Shown here piece after piece: positions 19,562 through 29,453 of a stretch of DNA of 64,000 bases. Each line of letters opens with the position of its first letter. The stretch's first letter is position 1. Made by a program: the position numbers and the translations under genes. The stretch comes from Candidatus Hydrogenedentota bacterium (GTDB lineage Bacteria; Hydrogenedentota; Hydrogenedentia; Hydrogenedentales; SLHB01). Under the pieces are notes generated by a model. It was not told the origin of the DNA, made no database searches, and was given only the letters and a program-made list of their open reading frames with translations. Location: positions 136,626 to 200,625 of the forward strand of contig CAXXTH010000012.1 of NCBI GenBank assembly GCA_963668025.2, written 5' to 3'.

Positions 19562-21868
19562 TTACTTCACTAAACTCTCATCGACCGCCAATAGGAATCG
19601 TGCGGTGTGCTCGCTAAAATCCGGACCCATCTGGGATCGCGATAGCGCAATGACCAGCTCGTTGTCCAGATCCACCAGTAAGATCGTTCCTGAACCGGCC
19701 CCGTGTCCAATAATGTTTGGACTCAAGATCATCCGGTCATCCGGAATATCGCCTTTGCCTGCATCGGGATGCCGCTGTGGCATGTGGCCAATACCCAATC
19801 CGTAAGCAAATCCCCGGTTCTCGATTTCGGGGAATGCTTCTTCCAGAGGATGGTCCATCAATAACTCGAACGTCTGGGGCGAGAAAAACTCCAGCTTGCC
19901 ATAGGAACCGCGATTGCAAAGCAGTTGGCCGATCTTTGCCAAATCCTCGACGGTACACATCGTGCCGTATGACATGGCGACGATCGAGGTTTGGCCGCTC
20001 ATCCCCAATGGACCAAAGAAATTCTCATGAAACAGGCGAAAGATGCTTTTCCCGCTCACGATTTCCATGACTTTTCCCGCTAAGTCAAAGCTTGTGCCGT
20101 TGTAGATCCAAACCTTGCCGGGCCTAAGGTTTTCCACGCCGTTGGCGATGACGTTGTCGAGCCATGGATTATTCATGTTGCACCATTCGCTCTCGACATC
20201 CAGGCCGGTCGTCATGGTCAAGCAATGATGCAAAGTGACCGCCTTGCCACCCGTCGTGGGAAAGTCCGGCAAATATGTCCCGACTGGATCGTCCAATCCG
20301 ATCAATCCCTGGTCGAGAAACTGGGCGAAAAGCATTCCACTGAGCGATTTTGTGAGTGACGCCAGTGGAAACTGCGTGTTCACGTCGGTTGGGCGCTCCG
20401 TAGTGCTGCCGACCGCTTCATGAATAACAACGACACCTCGGCGGGCAACCAATACCGTCATGGGATCGCCCGTGGCCTTATACCACTGTTCGCAAGCGTC
20501 ATGGATGCGCGCGGCGCTATCGGATTTCATTCCGGCTTCTTCTGGCGCGCCTGTTCGTAGAACAATCGCCGGCGCACCATCTTTTTTGTGGGGCAATGCA
20601 AGACCCGGATATTTATTTTCCACACCCAAAATTTTCCGCTTGAGCGCCAGATGATAATCTTGATCGCGAATATCGGGGCCATCTAGCTGGACAGGCTCCC
20701 GCCCCAATGGTTTGCTCTCCGCCAAGTGAGCCATCAAACGCGCCCCAGAAGGCTCGGTCGACAAAAATTCAAAAAACCAGTTGCCCACGGCGGAACCAAT
20801 CTGCTCACGCTGTTCCACCAGAGCCTCAGGATTGATGGGGCCGTCCGCTGCTAATGGTTGCAGATATGCCACCCAATTCTCTTCCCAGGGATGCCAGTTT
20901 TGGTTGCGGCAATAGAAAGTCTGCGCACGGCGAACGGTCATGCCATTGGAAGTTTTTCCTTCGATATACGCGGCGTATCGGCCCGGCTTCTCCGGAGTAG
21001 CTACCTCATTGAACCCGGCGTCGAACCAACGGATATTCAGCGGAAACTCACCGAAAACTGATTTCACCTTATCGGGATTCTCCCAATGAAGTTTCGGAAA
21101 ACCGCCAACCTCAAACATGTAGTCCCAACGCCCCTCAGGCCGTATTGCGACGTCCTGGAAATCCTTGACGGCTTGGCTGCGTTCTTGTTGTGCGACGATC
21201 TCCGCGGCCTTGTCTGGCGCCATCAGCTCAAATACATATCCCCAGTTGTTGCCGTGGTTTTCATTCTTGATCAATACCCGGTTCAGGCCCTTATTGAGAT
21301 GGATGGGAAAATTGAAAGTGCGCCCGATGCAATGCCGCCCAAAACCATTCCAGTCACTGTGCAGCCGTTCACCATTGATCCAAACCTGGGAGCTGTCCCC
21401 CGCCCCTAAGAAACCGTGATAATCCAAATCGCGCTCCGACCATAAATACGCAAACGCATACGCGGCCTCCCCCTTCATCCCGATGTAATGGTCAAAAAAT
21501 GAAGTGATATGGTCCGGCCGGGCTTTGCTGCGCATAGTTTTCGCCGTCTGAGGCGCACCGGCTTCGTCAAGAAACGAAACCTGTGTCGTGCTAGTGATGA
21601 CTGCGTTGGTTTCTCCGCCCACTTCGGCCAAGTAATCCTTGCCGTAACCGATGAGCGGTTCATTTCCTGTCATCACTTCTCCTTCGGCCGGTTTTGGAAA
21701 CGGACCCACCAACAACCAGTCACAAACGAAATCATCGCCAGACCCCACAACATGAACCGGCGCTCTGTTCACATCTGACGGAGGCGCTCCGCTCAGCATC
21801 GATATGGATTGGCAACTCATAAATCCCAGACTTGCCACAAGTATCAATATAAGCGGCATGCGATTCAT
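19562..21868 (-). CDS. Beta-lactamase-fold serine hydrolase with N-terminal beta-sandwich module; probable lipoprotein
   Basis: S-x-x-K (ASLTK), LLT-like CLTMTTG, WIYNG and GHGAG motifs; signal ending FMSC; start MNRMPL at 21868. Confidence 0.85.
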   Translation of the reverse strand: MNRMPLILILVASLGFMSCQSISMLSGAPPSDVNRAPVHVVGSGDDFVCDWLLVGPFPKPAEGEVMTGNEPLIGYGKDYLAEVGGETNAVITSTTQVSFLDEAGAPQTAKTMRSKARPDHITSFFDHYIGMKGEAAYAFAYLWSERDLDYHGFLGAGDSSQVWINGERLHSDWNGFGRHCIGRTFNFPIHLNKGLNRVLIKNENHGNNWGYVFELMAPDKAAEIVAQQERSQAVKDFQDVAIRPEGRWDYMFEVGGFPKLHWENPDKVKSVFGEFPLNIRWFDAGFNEVATPEKPGRYAAYIEGKTSNGMTVRRAQTFYCRNQNWHPWEENWVAYLQPLAADGPINPEALVEQREQIGSAVGNWFFEFLSTEPSGARLMAHLAESKPLGREPVQLDGPDIRDQDYHLALKRKILGVENKYPGLALPHKKDGAPAIVLRTGAPEEAGMKSDSAARIHDACEQWYKATGDPMTVLVARRGVVVIHEAVGSTTERPTDVNTQFPLASLTKSLSGMLFAQFLDQGLIGLDDPVGTYLPDFPTTGGKAVTLHHCLTMTTGLDVESEWCNMNNPWLDNVIANGVENLRPGKVWIYNGTSFDLAGKVMEIVSGKSIFRLFHENFFGPLGMSGQTSIVAMSYGTMCTVEDLAKIGQLLCNRGSYGKLEFFSPQTFELLMDHPLEEAFPEIENRGFAYGLGIGHMPQRHPDAGKGDIPDDRMILSPNIIGHGAGSGTILLVDLDNELVIALSRSQMGPDFSEHTARFLLAVDESLVK

Positions 21869-22059
21869 TTGTTTTTCCTCTGTTTCATTTGTTTTGCTTT
21901 CAATATGAAAACTCACATTTAGAAAGAAAGAATACAATAGTCGCTCTTGGGTTACATGGAAAGAATAAACCATTTGACATAGTTTACGAAACAAGCGGCG
22001 ATGAAGGCTATTATATTCGCGTCCATTCGCGGTTCTCAGGATTCATTTCACTCCCGCCG

Positions 22060-23595
22060 TCATGAACCGCCGGTCTGCGCCAATCGGCGGGCAATCGGGC
22101 GAAGCGCTTCATATAACTCCACGTAGATGCTATACCGTTCCTGGTATGCCGAGACGGCATCCGGTTGCGGATCTACCGTTTTCCCATGATGCACCCATTG
22201 CTGCACGATGGATTTGAGCGCGCCCGCTCCATCCAACGCACCACGGGCCAGCATGCCGCAGGCGGCGACGCCGATCTCCTCATTTTGCAGGACCGTCACC
22301 GGCATGCGATACGCATTGGCCCGCAGTTGGAGAAGCTGCTGGTTTTTGGCCGCGCCGCCTCCCGCGAACACACGGGTGACCGGCAGGCCCGCTTTCCGCA
22401 GGTTCTCTAGATTCAGCGCCATCTCGAATGCAATGCCTTCCAGCAGCCCGCGCGCCATGTCCGCCCGCGTGGTGGCTAAGGTGAGGCCGAGGAATCCCCC
22501 CCGAGCACTCGCATCCATATGGGGAGTAGCGGCTCCCGCGAAGTAGGCGGGAACCAGCGCCGGATTTTCGGCCTGCATGGCGCTTTCAACAATCACATCA
22601 TAGACATTACGGCCAGACCGTGAAGCCTCCAGTTCCTCGGGAGAGGCAAGCTGGCCTTTCCACCATTGCAAGAGATTTCCGCCGCAGGTGCTGAACGCAT
22701 TGGTGCAGTAAAGGCCATCGGCGGATTGCGGATTACAGGTCAGCGAGCTCCGCTGCATCGCTTCCGATGTATTAGCGCTGTCGAAGGTGGCGTTCAGGCT
22801 ATCTGAACTTCCCATGGAATTGACGACGACGCCCGGTTCGATGGCCCCGCCTCCAAGCGCAGCGCAGGATTGATCCCAGCCGCCTGATACGAGTACGCAT
22901 CTGGGGTCGAGCCCTAATTTGCTACACATTTGCCCCGGTATTTCGCCCACGATGCGTCCCGCCGGAACAATGCGCCCCAGATACTCCCGGCTCAATCCCG
23001 CCAATCCCAGAATCTCGTCCGACCAATCGCCTTGGCGCACATCATAGAGCCCCGTGCGGCCAGCCAGAGACGGAGCCAGCGCCGGTTCAAGGCCGAGCCA
23101 TGCCGCCAGCATTTCATTCCAACATAAAAAGCGCCGGGCATGCGCGAACACCTCGGGTTTTTCCGTTTTCCACCAGAGGATCTTTCCCAATGTCAAAATG
23201 GGGTGCAACACTTGGCCCGTGATGCGAAAAAGAGCCTCAGGCCCCATGCATTCAGATGCAAAGCGTTCAACCTGGCGGCGGGAACGAAGATCAAGGGCGG
23301 TGATGCTTCGGTCGAGGCATTGGCCTTGCGCATCCACGGGCACGACCGCCTCACCCAATGCAGCGGACGCGATGGCGTGAATGCGCCCATACCCTTTGGC
23401 GCATGCTTCCTGAGCCACCCCCGAAATCACCTCGCCCACCGCCTCCAGCACTTGCCCCGGCTCCAGTTCAAGCCAGCCGGGCTGTGGGGCAAACAACGGG
23501 TACGGACGGTACGCCGAAGCGACGGCGTGTCCTTCTTCATCAAAAGCAATCCCCTTGGTTCCCGTGGTGCCGATATCAAGTCCCAGCGTAAGCAT
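22060..23595 (-). CDS. FGGY-family carbohydrate kinase
   Basis: LGLDIGTTGTK, GGWDQ, RGLLEGIA and GGGAAK motifs. Confidence 0.92.
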   Translation of the reverse strand: MLTLGLDIGTTGTKGIAFDEEGHAVASAYRPYPLFAPQPGWLELEPGQVLEAVGEVISGVAQEACAKGYGRIHAIASAALGEAVVPVDAQGQCLDRSITALDLRSRRQVERFASECMGPEALFRITGQVLHPILTLGKILWWKTEKPEVFAHARRFLCWNEMLAAWLGLEPALAPSLAGRTGLYDVRQGDWSDEILGLAGLSREYLGRIVPAGRIVGEIPGQMCSKLGLDPRCVLVSGGWDQSCAALGGGAIEPGVVVNSMGSSDSLNATFDSANTSEAMQRSSLTCNPQSADGLYCTNAFSTCGGNLLQWWKGQLASPEELEASRSGRNVYDVIVESAMQAENPALVPAYFAGAATPHMDASARGGFLGLTLATTRADMARGLLEGIAFEMALNLENLRKAGLPVTRVFAGGGAAKNQQLLQLRANAYRMPVTVLQNEEIGVAACGMLARGALDGAGALKSIVQQWVHHGKTVDPQPDAVSAYQERYSIYVELYEALRPIARRLAQTGGS

Positions 23596-24007
23596 GAATG
23601 TCTCCCTATCCTAGCTATTTCATCGCCATTGTTTTTCTCGATTTCTTCGCCAAATCGGAGGCGCTCCATCGAATCAGATTACGACCAGAAGAGGTAATCG
23701 TGCGCAGTGGATAGTAAACCTTTACTATCCAGGCCAAACTCACCCCTCACATGTAGTATGGCATAACCTCTCCATGCAATCCCAGCTAACAAGTAGAAAA
23801 ATGAGCATCCTTACCTATATGTATACAGATCAAATATCGGGGAATCATACAAACCCACCCATATTCATTCCAAGCTAAATACGCTCCCATCCGGTATTCT
23901 ATTGCGTGATTCAATGTTCAAATTGGCCTGGTTATGCAGGAACGGGTGATACCTTGAATCTTTTGACGCCATAAGAGAAGAAAATCAAGAATCACTCCAA
24001 TACGCGC

Positions 24008-27000
24008 ATGGCCTCTTCCGCACGAAAGGAACCTATCGTGTATACAAACCAGCCTCATGCACACGCCGCCAAAAACATCTTGTCCCTGAAGAAAACCACG
24101 TTCGCTTTCTGCATGTTGAGCCTTTTCCTAGGTTTCAGCGCCCCCGCGTTTTCAGAAACACGCTGGAATCCTCCAATACCTTCCATTGACTCTAAAAACC
24201 TCCTGCCGAACAGCAGTTTTGAACTGGGAACGGATGGGTGGTCGTCGCTCGGAAAACTCACCGCAAGCGGAGGAGATCTATGCGGCCTATATGGTGAAAT
24301 TCAAACAGGCGGCGCGTTCGATGGTGAGAACTGTCTCAAAATTGAACTGGGGCCAGGCAAGACACTCGTGACCCATTCTGATTACTCTCTCGGCGATTCA
24401 CAGACCATGGTCCAAGCCGCCCCATTGGCGGCCAATCTGGGATGGATGCAGGTTACTGAAGGTAAATACTATACCCTTTCGGCGTATATGCGTTCCGATG
24501 TTGCGGGAACGCCCGCCAGCCTGGTGTTCCGTTTCGGCGGCGATGTCAACGGCGGATTCGGCAGCGACACCTTTTCCAAGCGGGTGGCGCTCACCCAAGA
24601 ATGGTCCCGCTATTCGTACACCCTAGAGGCGTACAAGCCCGACCTGTTTATCGCCGCAGGGCCTGATCTGAGCGCCACGCCAGAGGCTTCCGCGACCGTA
24701 TGGCTCGATGCCGTTCAACTGGAAGAAGCAAACGCCGGCTCGGGCGAAGGTGGAGCCACCCAAACCGAAGACTTCAATGATAATAGCCTAGATGGCATAT
24801 GGGGTGTTACGACGGCTTGGAATACGGAAGACACGATGCAGATTGCAGATGGAGTATTGACTTTCCACAAGACGGGAACGACAGGGGCAGGCACGGCGGC
24901 CGTGACCAACGCTTCTTGGCCGCTGACGGGCGATTTTGAACTGGAATTCACCATACCGCATCTGGCCGATTTTGCACAAAATGACAGTGTGTGGGTAATG
25001 CCCCGCTTTGTGGTGACTCAACCCACATGGACGGACGTCATCTGGCTCAATATTGGCCGGTATCAGGATAAATATACCGTCTCCGATGGAGTTGCTGGTA
25101 AATTCTTAGCGAACTTTCCCCTTTCTTCAGAGGCATGCATCATACGATTGACAAAAACGACGGGCCAGATGGTTTTGTCGGTGGCGGTGGATGGCGGCGC
25201 TTTCTCTACGCCGGTCATAGTGGGAAGCTCTTGGGCAAGTGTTAGCGATACCACTGAAGTCATGTTATACCTGCTCGCGCAAGACTGGTTTTCATCCGTC
25301 AAAGGCTCCTACGCCGTGGCTATCGACGATTTGAAGATCACCGCTGATGGGATCCCTGGCGAGCTTATAACCGAACCAACGGAATACGCGCCGCGTGAAA
25401 CGGTCGAAATCGGAATCAACACCGAACACTACGGCAATTTATATGATACAGCCGATCCGCTCGAATTAACCGTATGTGGCGCAAACAAGACCTCCACACT
25501 CGCGAGTGTCGAAATTCACGCGCAGCTCGTAGACTACTTTGGCGTATTATGGCCGTCTACATCCTGCACGCTGGAAATCCCTGAGAACGCCCTGGCGGAA
25601 ACCCAGTTGCCGTTGAACGCGCCAGGCGCCGGGTATTATAAAGCCCATGTGTCTTGGGAAGTGGGCGGCGTAGCACATACGCGAACCATCACGCTGTCCA
25701 ATGTCAAAACATATCCTTGGGATGATTCGCCCTTTGGGATAAACCACGCTCCCACCACCACCGCCGCCTGCCAACAATTGAAAAAAGGCGGCACCACTTG
25801 GGCGCGGGATTGGTCCATGAAATGGGATACCGCGGAGTTCGTTGAGGGAACGTATGATTTCGCGGAGATCGATAACCAAGTCAACCGAATCGTGGACTCC
25901 GGGCTCAACCTGCTGGCTTTGCTGCCCCCCCAGCCTTCGGTCAACTGGGCGTCGGAAGCGCCCACAAGCGGTTTATCCCAAACTGAGCGCGCCGCGTACG
26001 CGCCGCCGGTAGCTGACCGCCCCCTGCTCAATAACTTCATTGAAACCACCGTGAATCGGTATAAAGATCGCGTCACGCATTGGGAGTTTTTAAATGAACC
26101 CCTTTGGGTGCCGTGGTATTGCCTGCCCACCAGTGCGGGATATACCGTGGATACGTATATATCGCTTCTTCAAGGGGCCTCGGCGGCAATGAAGTCCGGT
26201 GACTCCTCCTGCAATGTGCTCGGGGGCCTTTCCATTATGGCGCACAGCACCATGGGCGACGAGTTCATACAGAAGGGAGGGCTCGATTATGTGGATATCT
26301 ACAACCTACATCCATATCCCGAGCTAATCGGCCCTGAGAATTTCATACCGTGGATGCAGCGTATCCTTGGCGTCATGGACGCCAATGGCGGGCGCAAGCC
26401 TATCTGGGCCACCGAATTATCATTCTGGAGCACCGATGACAAGCCATGGACGCCATGGGCTCCTCCGAATGCGGACCACTGGTCCGCCAATCGCCAGCAG
26501 ACCAGCGAACGGGAAGCTTCCGATTACAATACACGCCAAGCCATCATATTGATGGCGCATGGAGTGGAAAAATTCTTCTGGCATTCCGGACTCGAGGGCG
26601 AAGTCAACAATGGCTCCTGGGACTTAGAGGATCCATTGCTTGGCCGCGAGGCGGTTCCTCAAAAATACTTCACCGCACAGGCGGCTTTAGCGAATCTTCT
26701 AGGCCCGTCCCCAACATACGCCGCCGCACTTCAAAAACCCAGCACTGTCCTCAGCCATAGCACGAGCGGCGTGTATGGCTACGCCTTCGATGGAGAAAGC
26801 AAGGCCGTCTTGGCCGCTTGGGCCCCCGGCAAATACAACGACGGGAAACGCCGCACAAGCGGGGTCGTGCCGCTGGGAGAATCGCCCGTCTATCTGACAT
26901 CCACAGAACTGAATGCGCAAGAACTCTCCGAAGCCTGCACACTCGTTCGAGACACGGGCCCGGATGTCACATTCAACGGATGGAAGCAGCTCGTTTCAGC

Positions 27001-28117
27001 GCAAACATCGGCGTCCAATGCTTCCCCCTATGGAGACTCCACGGTGCATATCGCCCGGGCGCTCAACGGAACAGGGCAAGTGATATGGAATACACGGAAT
27101 GTGCCTTCGGATATCGATACAGGCGGGACATACTCGTTTACGTGGCTCGGAGCCACGGGATATTCCTCGCAACCTGAATGCACTTTCGCACTCTATTTGG
27201 GCGCAACTAAATTATTGGACTTCACCTATTCCCTCGGTTCTACATACTGGCAGAGTGCAAACGGCGATTACACACTCGAGTACTCCGTTGTGGAAACCTA
27301 CAGCTCGGGAGAAGACAGCGCGGGCTTCATGACGCTTACCGTTCCGGCTTCCATGCTGACGCCCGGTGAAGCCGCCCAGTTGAAAGTCGTAGGCTCCAAT
27401 TCATCGAGCAGCCGCTGGTTCGGCGTATATGCGTATGATGGCTCCACACCTGGCGATTACGGCTGGGCGCTTTATATCCCGGATACTGTTCAAGCGTACA
27501 CCGTCGTCGGCGCTCCCATGAGCACGGGCGGCGAAACGCTCTCCCCTCCCATGATCACGACCAACAACGGCCAAAACTTCACAATAGGCGTCACCCCGCT
27601 CACCATCGCCGGAACGTGCGGGTATAACGTGGCGGACATCCATCTAAACGGCGCCTCCATAGGCCACACGCTTGGCGAAGCCACCTGGCAGGCGCAACTA
27701 AACTTGGCGGCAGGCGCCAACGAGTTTAGTTTTATCGCCTTGGACGAATCTAGCAATACAAGCACGCCAACTACCATCACCATCACCTACGACGCCAATT
27801 ACGATTTCGACGGCGACGGAATGAAAGACATTGATGAGGTGCGGGATTTTGACGCAGCCACGGAAGGAACACAGAATCCATTCGATCCATGGAATAGCGA
27901 TTCAACCGGCGATGATGGGTATCAGGGTTCCGATGGCGTTCCAGACGGTCAAAATGATTGGGATGGCGACGGCATTCCCAACAAGCTGGAACTGGAATTG
28001 GGGCTCAACCCCATGGATGCAACCAGCAATGCTAAATTGCCATTAGGCATATTATGCACAACCATTTTGCTGGCGTCCATGCTTTGTTACCGCATATTCA
28101 AACAAGAAAGCCAATAA
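24008..28117 (+). CDS. Large secreted multidomain clan GH-A glycoside hydrolase (GH39/GH5-like) with C-terminal anchor
   Basis: Signal peptide; NLLPNSSFE CBM-like domain; SPFGIN, HWEFLNEP (acid/base), DIYNLHPY and KPIWATE (nucleophile); DxDGD repeats; LPLG-hydrophobic-R..K tail. Exact start uncertain. Confidence 0.82.
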   Translation: MASSARKEPIVYTNQPHAHAAKNILSLKKTTFAFCMLSLFLGFSAPAFSETRWNPPIPSIDSKNLLPNSSFELGTDGWSSLGKLTASGGDLCGLYGEIQTGGAFDGENCLKIELGPGKTLVTHSDYSLGDSQTMVQAAPLAANLGWMQVTEGKYYTLSAYMRSDVAGTPASLVFRFGGDVNGGFGSDTFSKRVALTQEWSRYSYTLEAYKPDLFIAAGPDLSATPEASATVWLDAVQLEEANAGSGEGGATQTEDFNDNSLDGIWGVTTAWNTEDTMQIADGVLTFHKTGTTGAGTAAVTNASWPLTGDFELEFTIPHLADFAQNDSVWVMPRFVVTQPTWTDVIWLNIGRYQDKYTVSDGVAGKFLANFPLSSEACIIRLTKTTGQMVLSVAVDGGAFSTPVIVGSSWASVSDTTEVMLYLLAQDWFSSVKGSYAVAIDDLKITADGIPGELITEPTEYAPRETVEIGINTEHYGNLYDTADPLELTVCGANKTSTLASVEIHAQLVDYFGVLWPSTSCTLEIPENALAETQLPLNAPGAGYYKAHVSWEVGGVAHTRTITLSNVKTYPWDDSPFGINHAPTTTAACQQLKKGGTTWARDWSMKWDTAEFVEGTYDFAEIDNQVNRIVDSGLNLLALLPPQPSVNWASEAPTSGLSQTERAAYAPPVADRPLLNNFIETTVNRYKDRVTHWEFLNEPLWVPWYCLPTSAGYTVDTYISLLQGASAAMKSGDSSCNVLGGLSIMAHSTMGDEFIQKGGLDYVDIYNLHPYPELIGPENFIPWMQRILGVMDANGGRKPIWATELSFWSTDDKPWTPWAPPNADHWSANRQQTSEREASDYNTRQAIILMAHGVEKFFWHSGLEGEVNNGSWDLEDPLLGREAVPQKYFTAQAALANLLGPSPTYAAALQKPSTVLSHSTSGVYGYAFDGESKAVLAAWAPGKYNDGKRRTSGVVPLGESPVYLTSTELNAQELSEACTLVRDTGPDVTFNGWKQLVSAQTSASNASPYGDSTVHIARALNGTGQVIWNTRNVPSDIDTGGTYSFTWLGATGYSSQPECTFALYLGATKLLDFTYSLGSTYWQSANGDYTLEYSVVETYSSGEDSAGFMTLTVPASMLTPGEAAQLKVVGSNSSSSRWFGVYAYDGSTPGDYGWALYIPDTVQAYTVVGAPMSTGGETLSPPMITTNNGQNFTIGVTPLTIAGTCGYNVADIHLNGASIGHTLGEATWQAQLNLAAGANEFSFIALDESSNTSTPTTITITYDANYDFDGDGMKDIDEVRDFDAATEGTQNPFDPWNSDSTGDDGYQGSDGVPDGQNDWDGDGIPNKLELELGLNPMDATSNAKLPLGILCTTILLASMLCYRIFKQESQ

Positions 28118-28141
28118 TACTTTAGCCAAGTGGTGAAGAAT

Positions 28142-28210
28142 GACCGGCGAGGGCGCAGGTCGCACACATCGTATAGTTGAAAAAGTGTGGGACCGGCTCC
28201 ATCGCCGGTC
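28142..28210. repeat. REP-like inverted pair between convergent genes
   Basis: GACCGGCGAGGGCGCAGGTCGCACAC against the reverse complement of GTGTGGGACCGGCTCCATCGCCGGTC, 22/26 identical. Confidence 0.75.
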
Positions 28211-28342
28211 CTCCGATAAAACATGAAACATCAATACCGTTGCAGTGCTTCATAATATTTATTTCTGCTGTCGTGTTTATAGATTATAATAGAACACTAC
28301 AGCCAAGATGATGTATCATCCGCAGTTAGAACAGGACAGATT

Positions 28343-29353
28343 TCATTCATATGCCGCCGTGCGGGTAAGCACGCATTCCGTTACTGAACCGTCCATGCCT
28401 TGTCCATTTGCTTGAAGCGCCTCGATACCGCCATTCGCGGCGATGGCGGCGCATAACGCCGCCAGATCGCCAAGCCGCTCTCCGAGCTTGGCGGGAACAA
28501 CCGTACACGCCTCGGCCGTTCGCGGCAATGCCTCTTCGCGCATCCGTTCGAGCGCCGGGCCCATGACCAATTCTCCTAAACGAAACGCAAGGGAGCCAAT
28601 GACTATGACCTCTGGATTCAATAGGTCTAGCAGCAGGGCAAGCCCTTGGCCAAGGCGTTGCCCTACTTCCAAGAACACCGCTTTTGCATCTTCATCGCCG
28701 CCACGGGCCAAACCGGCCAGTTCGAGAATATCCGCCGAACCTACAGGCCAGCGGGTGGGAAAGCGATACGCCGCCAAGCGAATGATTCCGGTGCCTGAAC
28801 AGAACGCCTCCCACGAACCGGTTTTGCCATATGCATTGGGTCCGGATTCAGCCAAGCGCACATGGCCCACTTCGCCCGCGATATCCGTGCTGCCCCGGTA
28901 TAACTGTCCATTCAAGATCATGCCCGCGCCAAAGCCAGTGCCCATGGTCAGAAAAATAACATTGCGCGCGCCGCGCGCCGCACCAAAATACCATTCCGCA
29001 AGCGCGCCTGCATTTCCGTCATGTTCTATGTAGCAAGGAATGTGGAAATGATTCTCCAGCAGCTTTTTCAATGGCACCGTATCCCATCCAGGAAGATTGG
29101 GAGGCGAGTACACAATTCCTTGCTCGATATCGAGCGGGCCGCCAATGGACACCGATATGGCGTCCACATGAGTCCAATCGTTTTCCATGGACTCCATCAG
29201 CCATGCCGCATGTGCGCGAAGATCTTCAAAAAAAACATTGAATCCGCGTTCTGGATATGTGGGAAACTGTATGCGCTTATAAATGCGCCCCTTGTCATCG
29301 CCCGCAACAAGCGCCGTCTTTGTTCCGCCAATATCCAATCCTAGAATGTGCAT
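28343..29353 (-). CDS. ROK-family sugar kinase
   Basis: LGLDIGGTK, EHDGNAGALAE, GTGFGAG and GEVGH motifs; no N-terminal HTH. Confidence 0.92.
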   Translation of the reverse strand: MHILGLDIGGTKTALVAGDDKGRIYKRIQFPTYPERGFNVFFEDLRAHAAWLMESMENDWTHVDAISVSIGGPLDIEQGIVYSPPNLPGWDTVPLKKLLENHFHIPCYIEHDGNAGALAEWYFGAARGARNVIFLTMGTGFGAGMILNGQLYRGSTDIAGEVGHVRLAESGPNAYGKTGSWEAFCSGTGIIRLAAYRFPTRWPVGSADILELAGLARGGDEDAKAVFLEVGQRLGQGLALLLDLLNPEVIVIGSLAFRLGELVMGPALERMREEALPRTAEACTVVPAKLGERLGDLAALCAAIAANGGIEALQANGQGMDGSVTECVLTRTAAYE

Positions 29354-29453
29354 CGTTTCACCTTGAGAAGCCTAGTTCATCTTTGCATATAGTGGAGAAG
29401 CTTGCATGTCACGCATGAAACACGCCTCAAGCTTTTCAATAAGCAACTGCCGG

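Noticed and set aside
19562-21868. Antibiotic-resistance beta-lactamase
   Set aside because: Only the generic SxxK fold is evident; the large N-terminal modules and sugar context favour another hydrolase.
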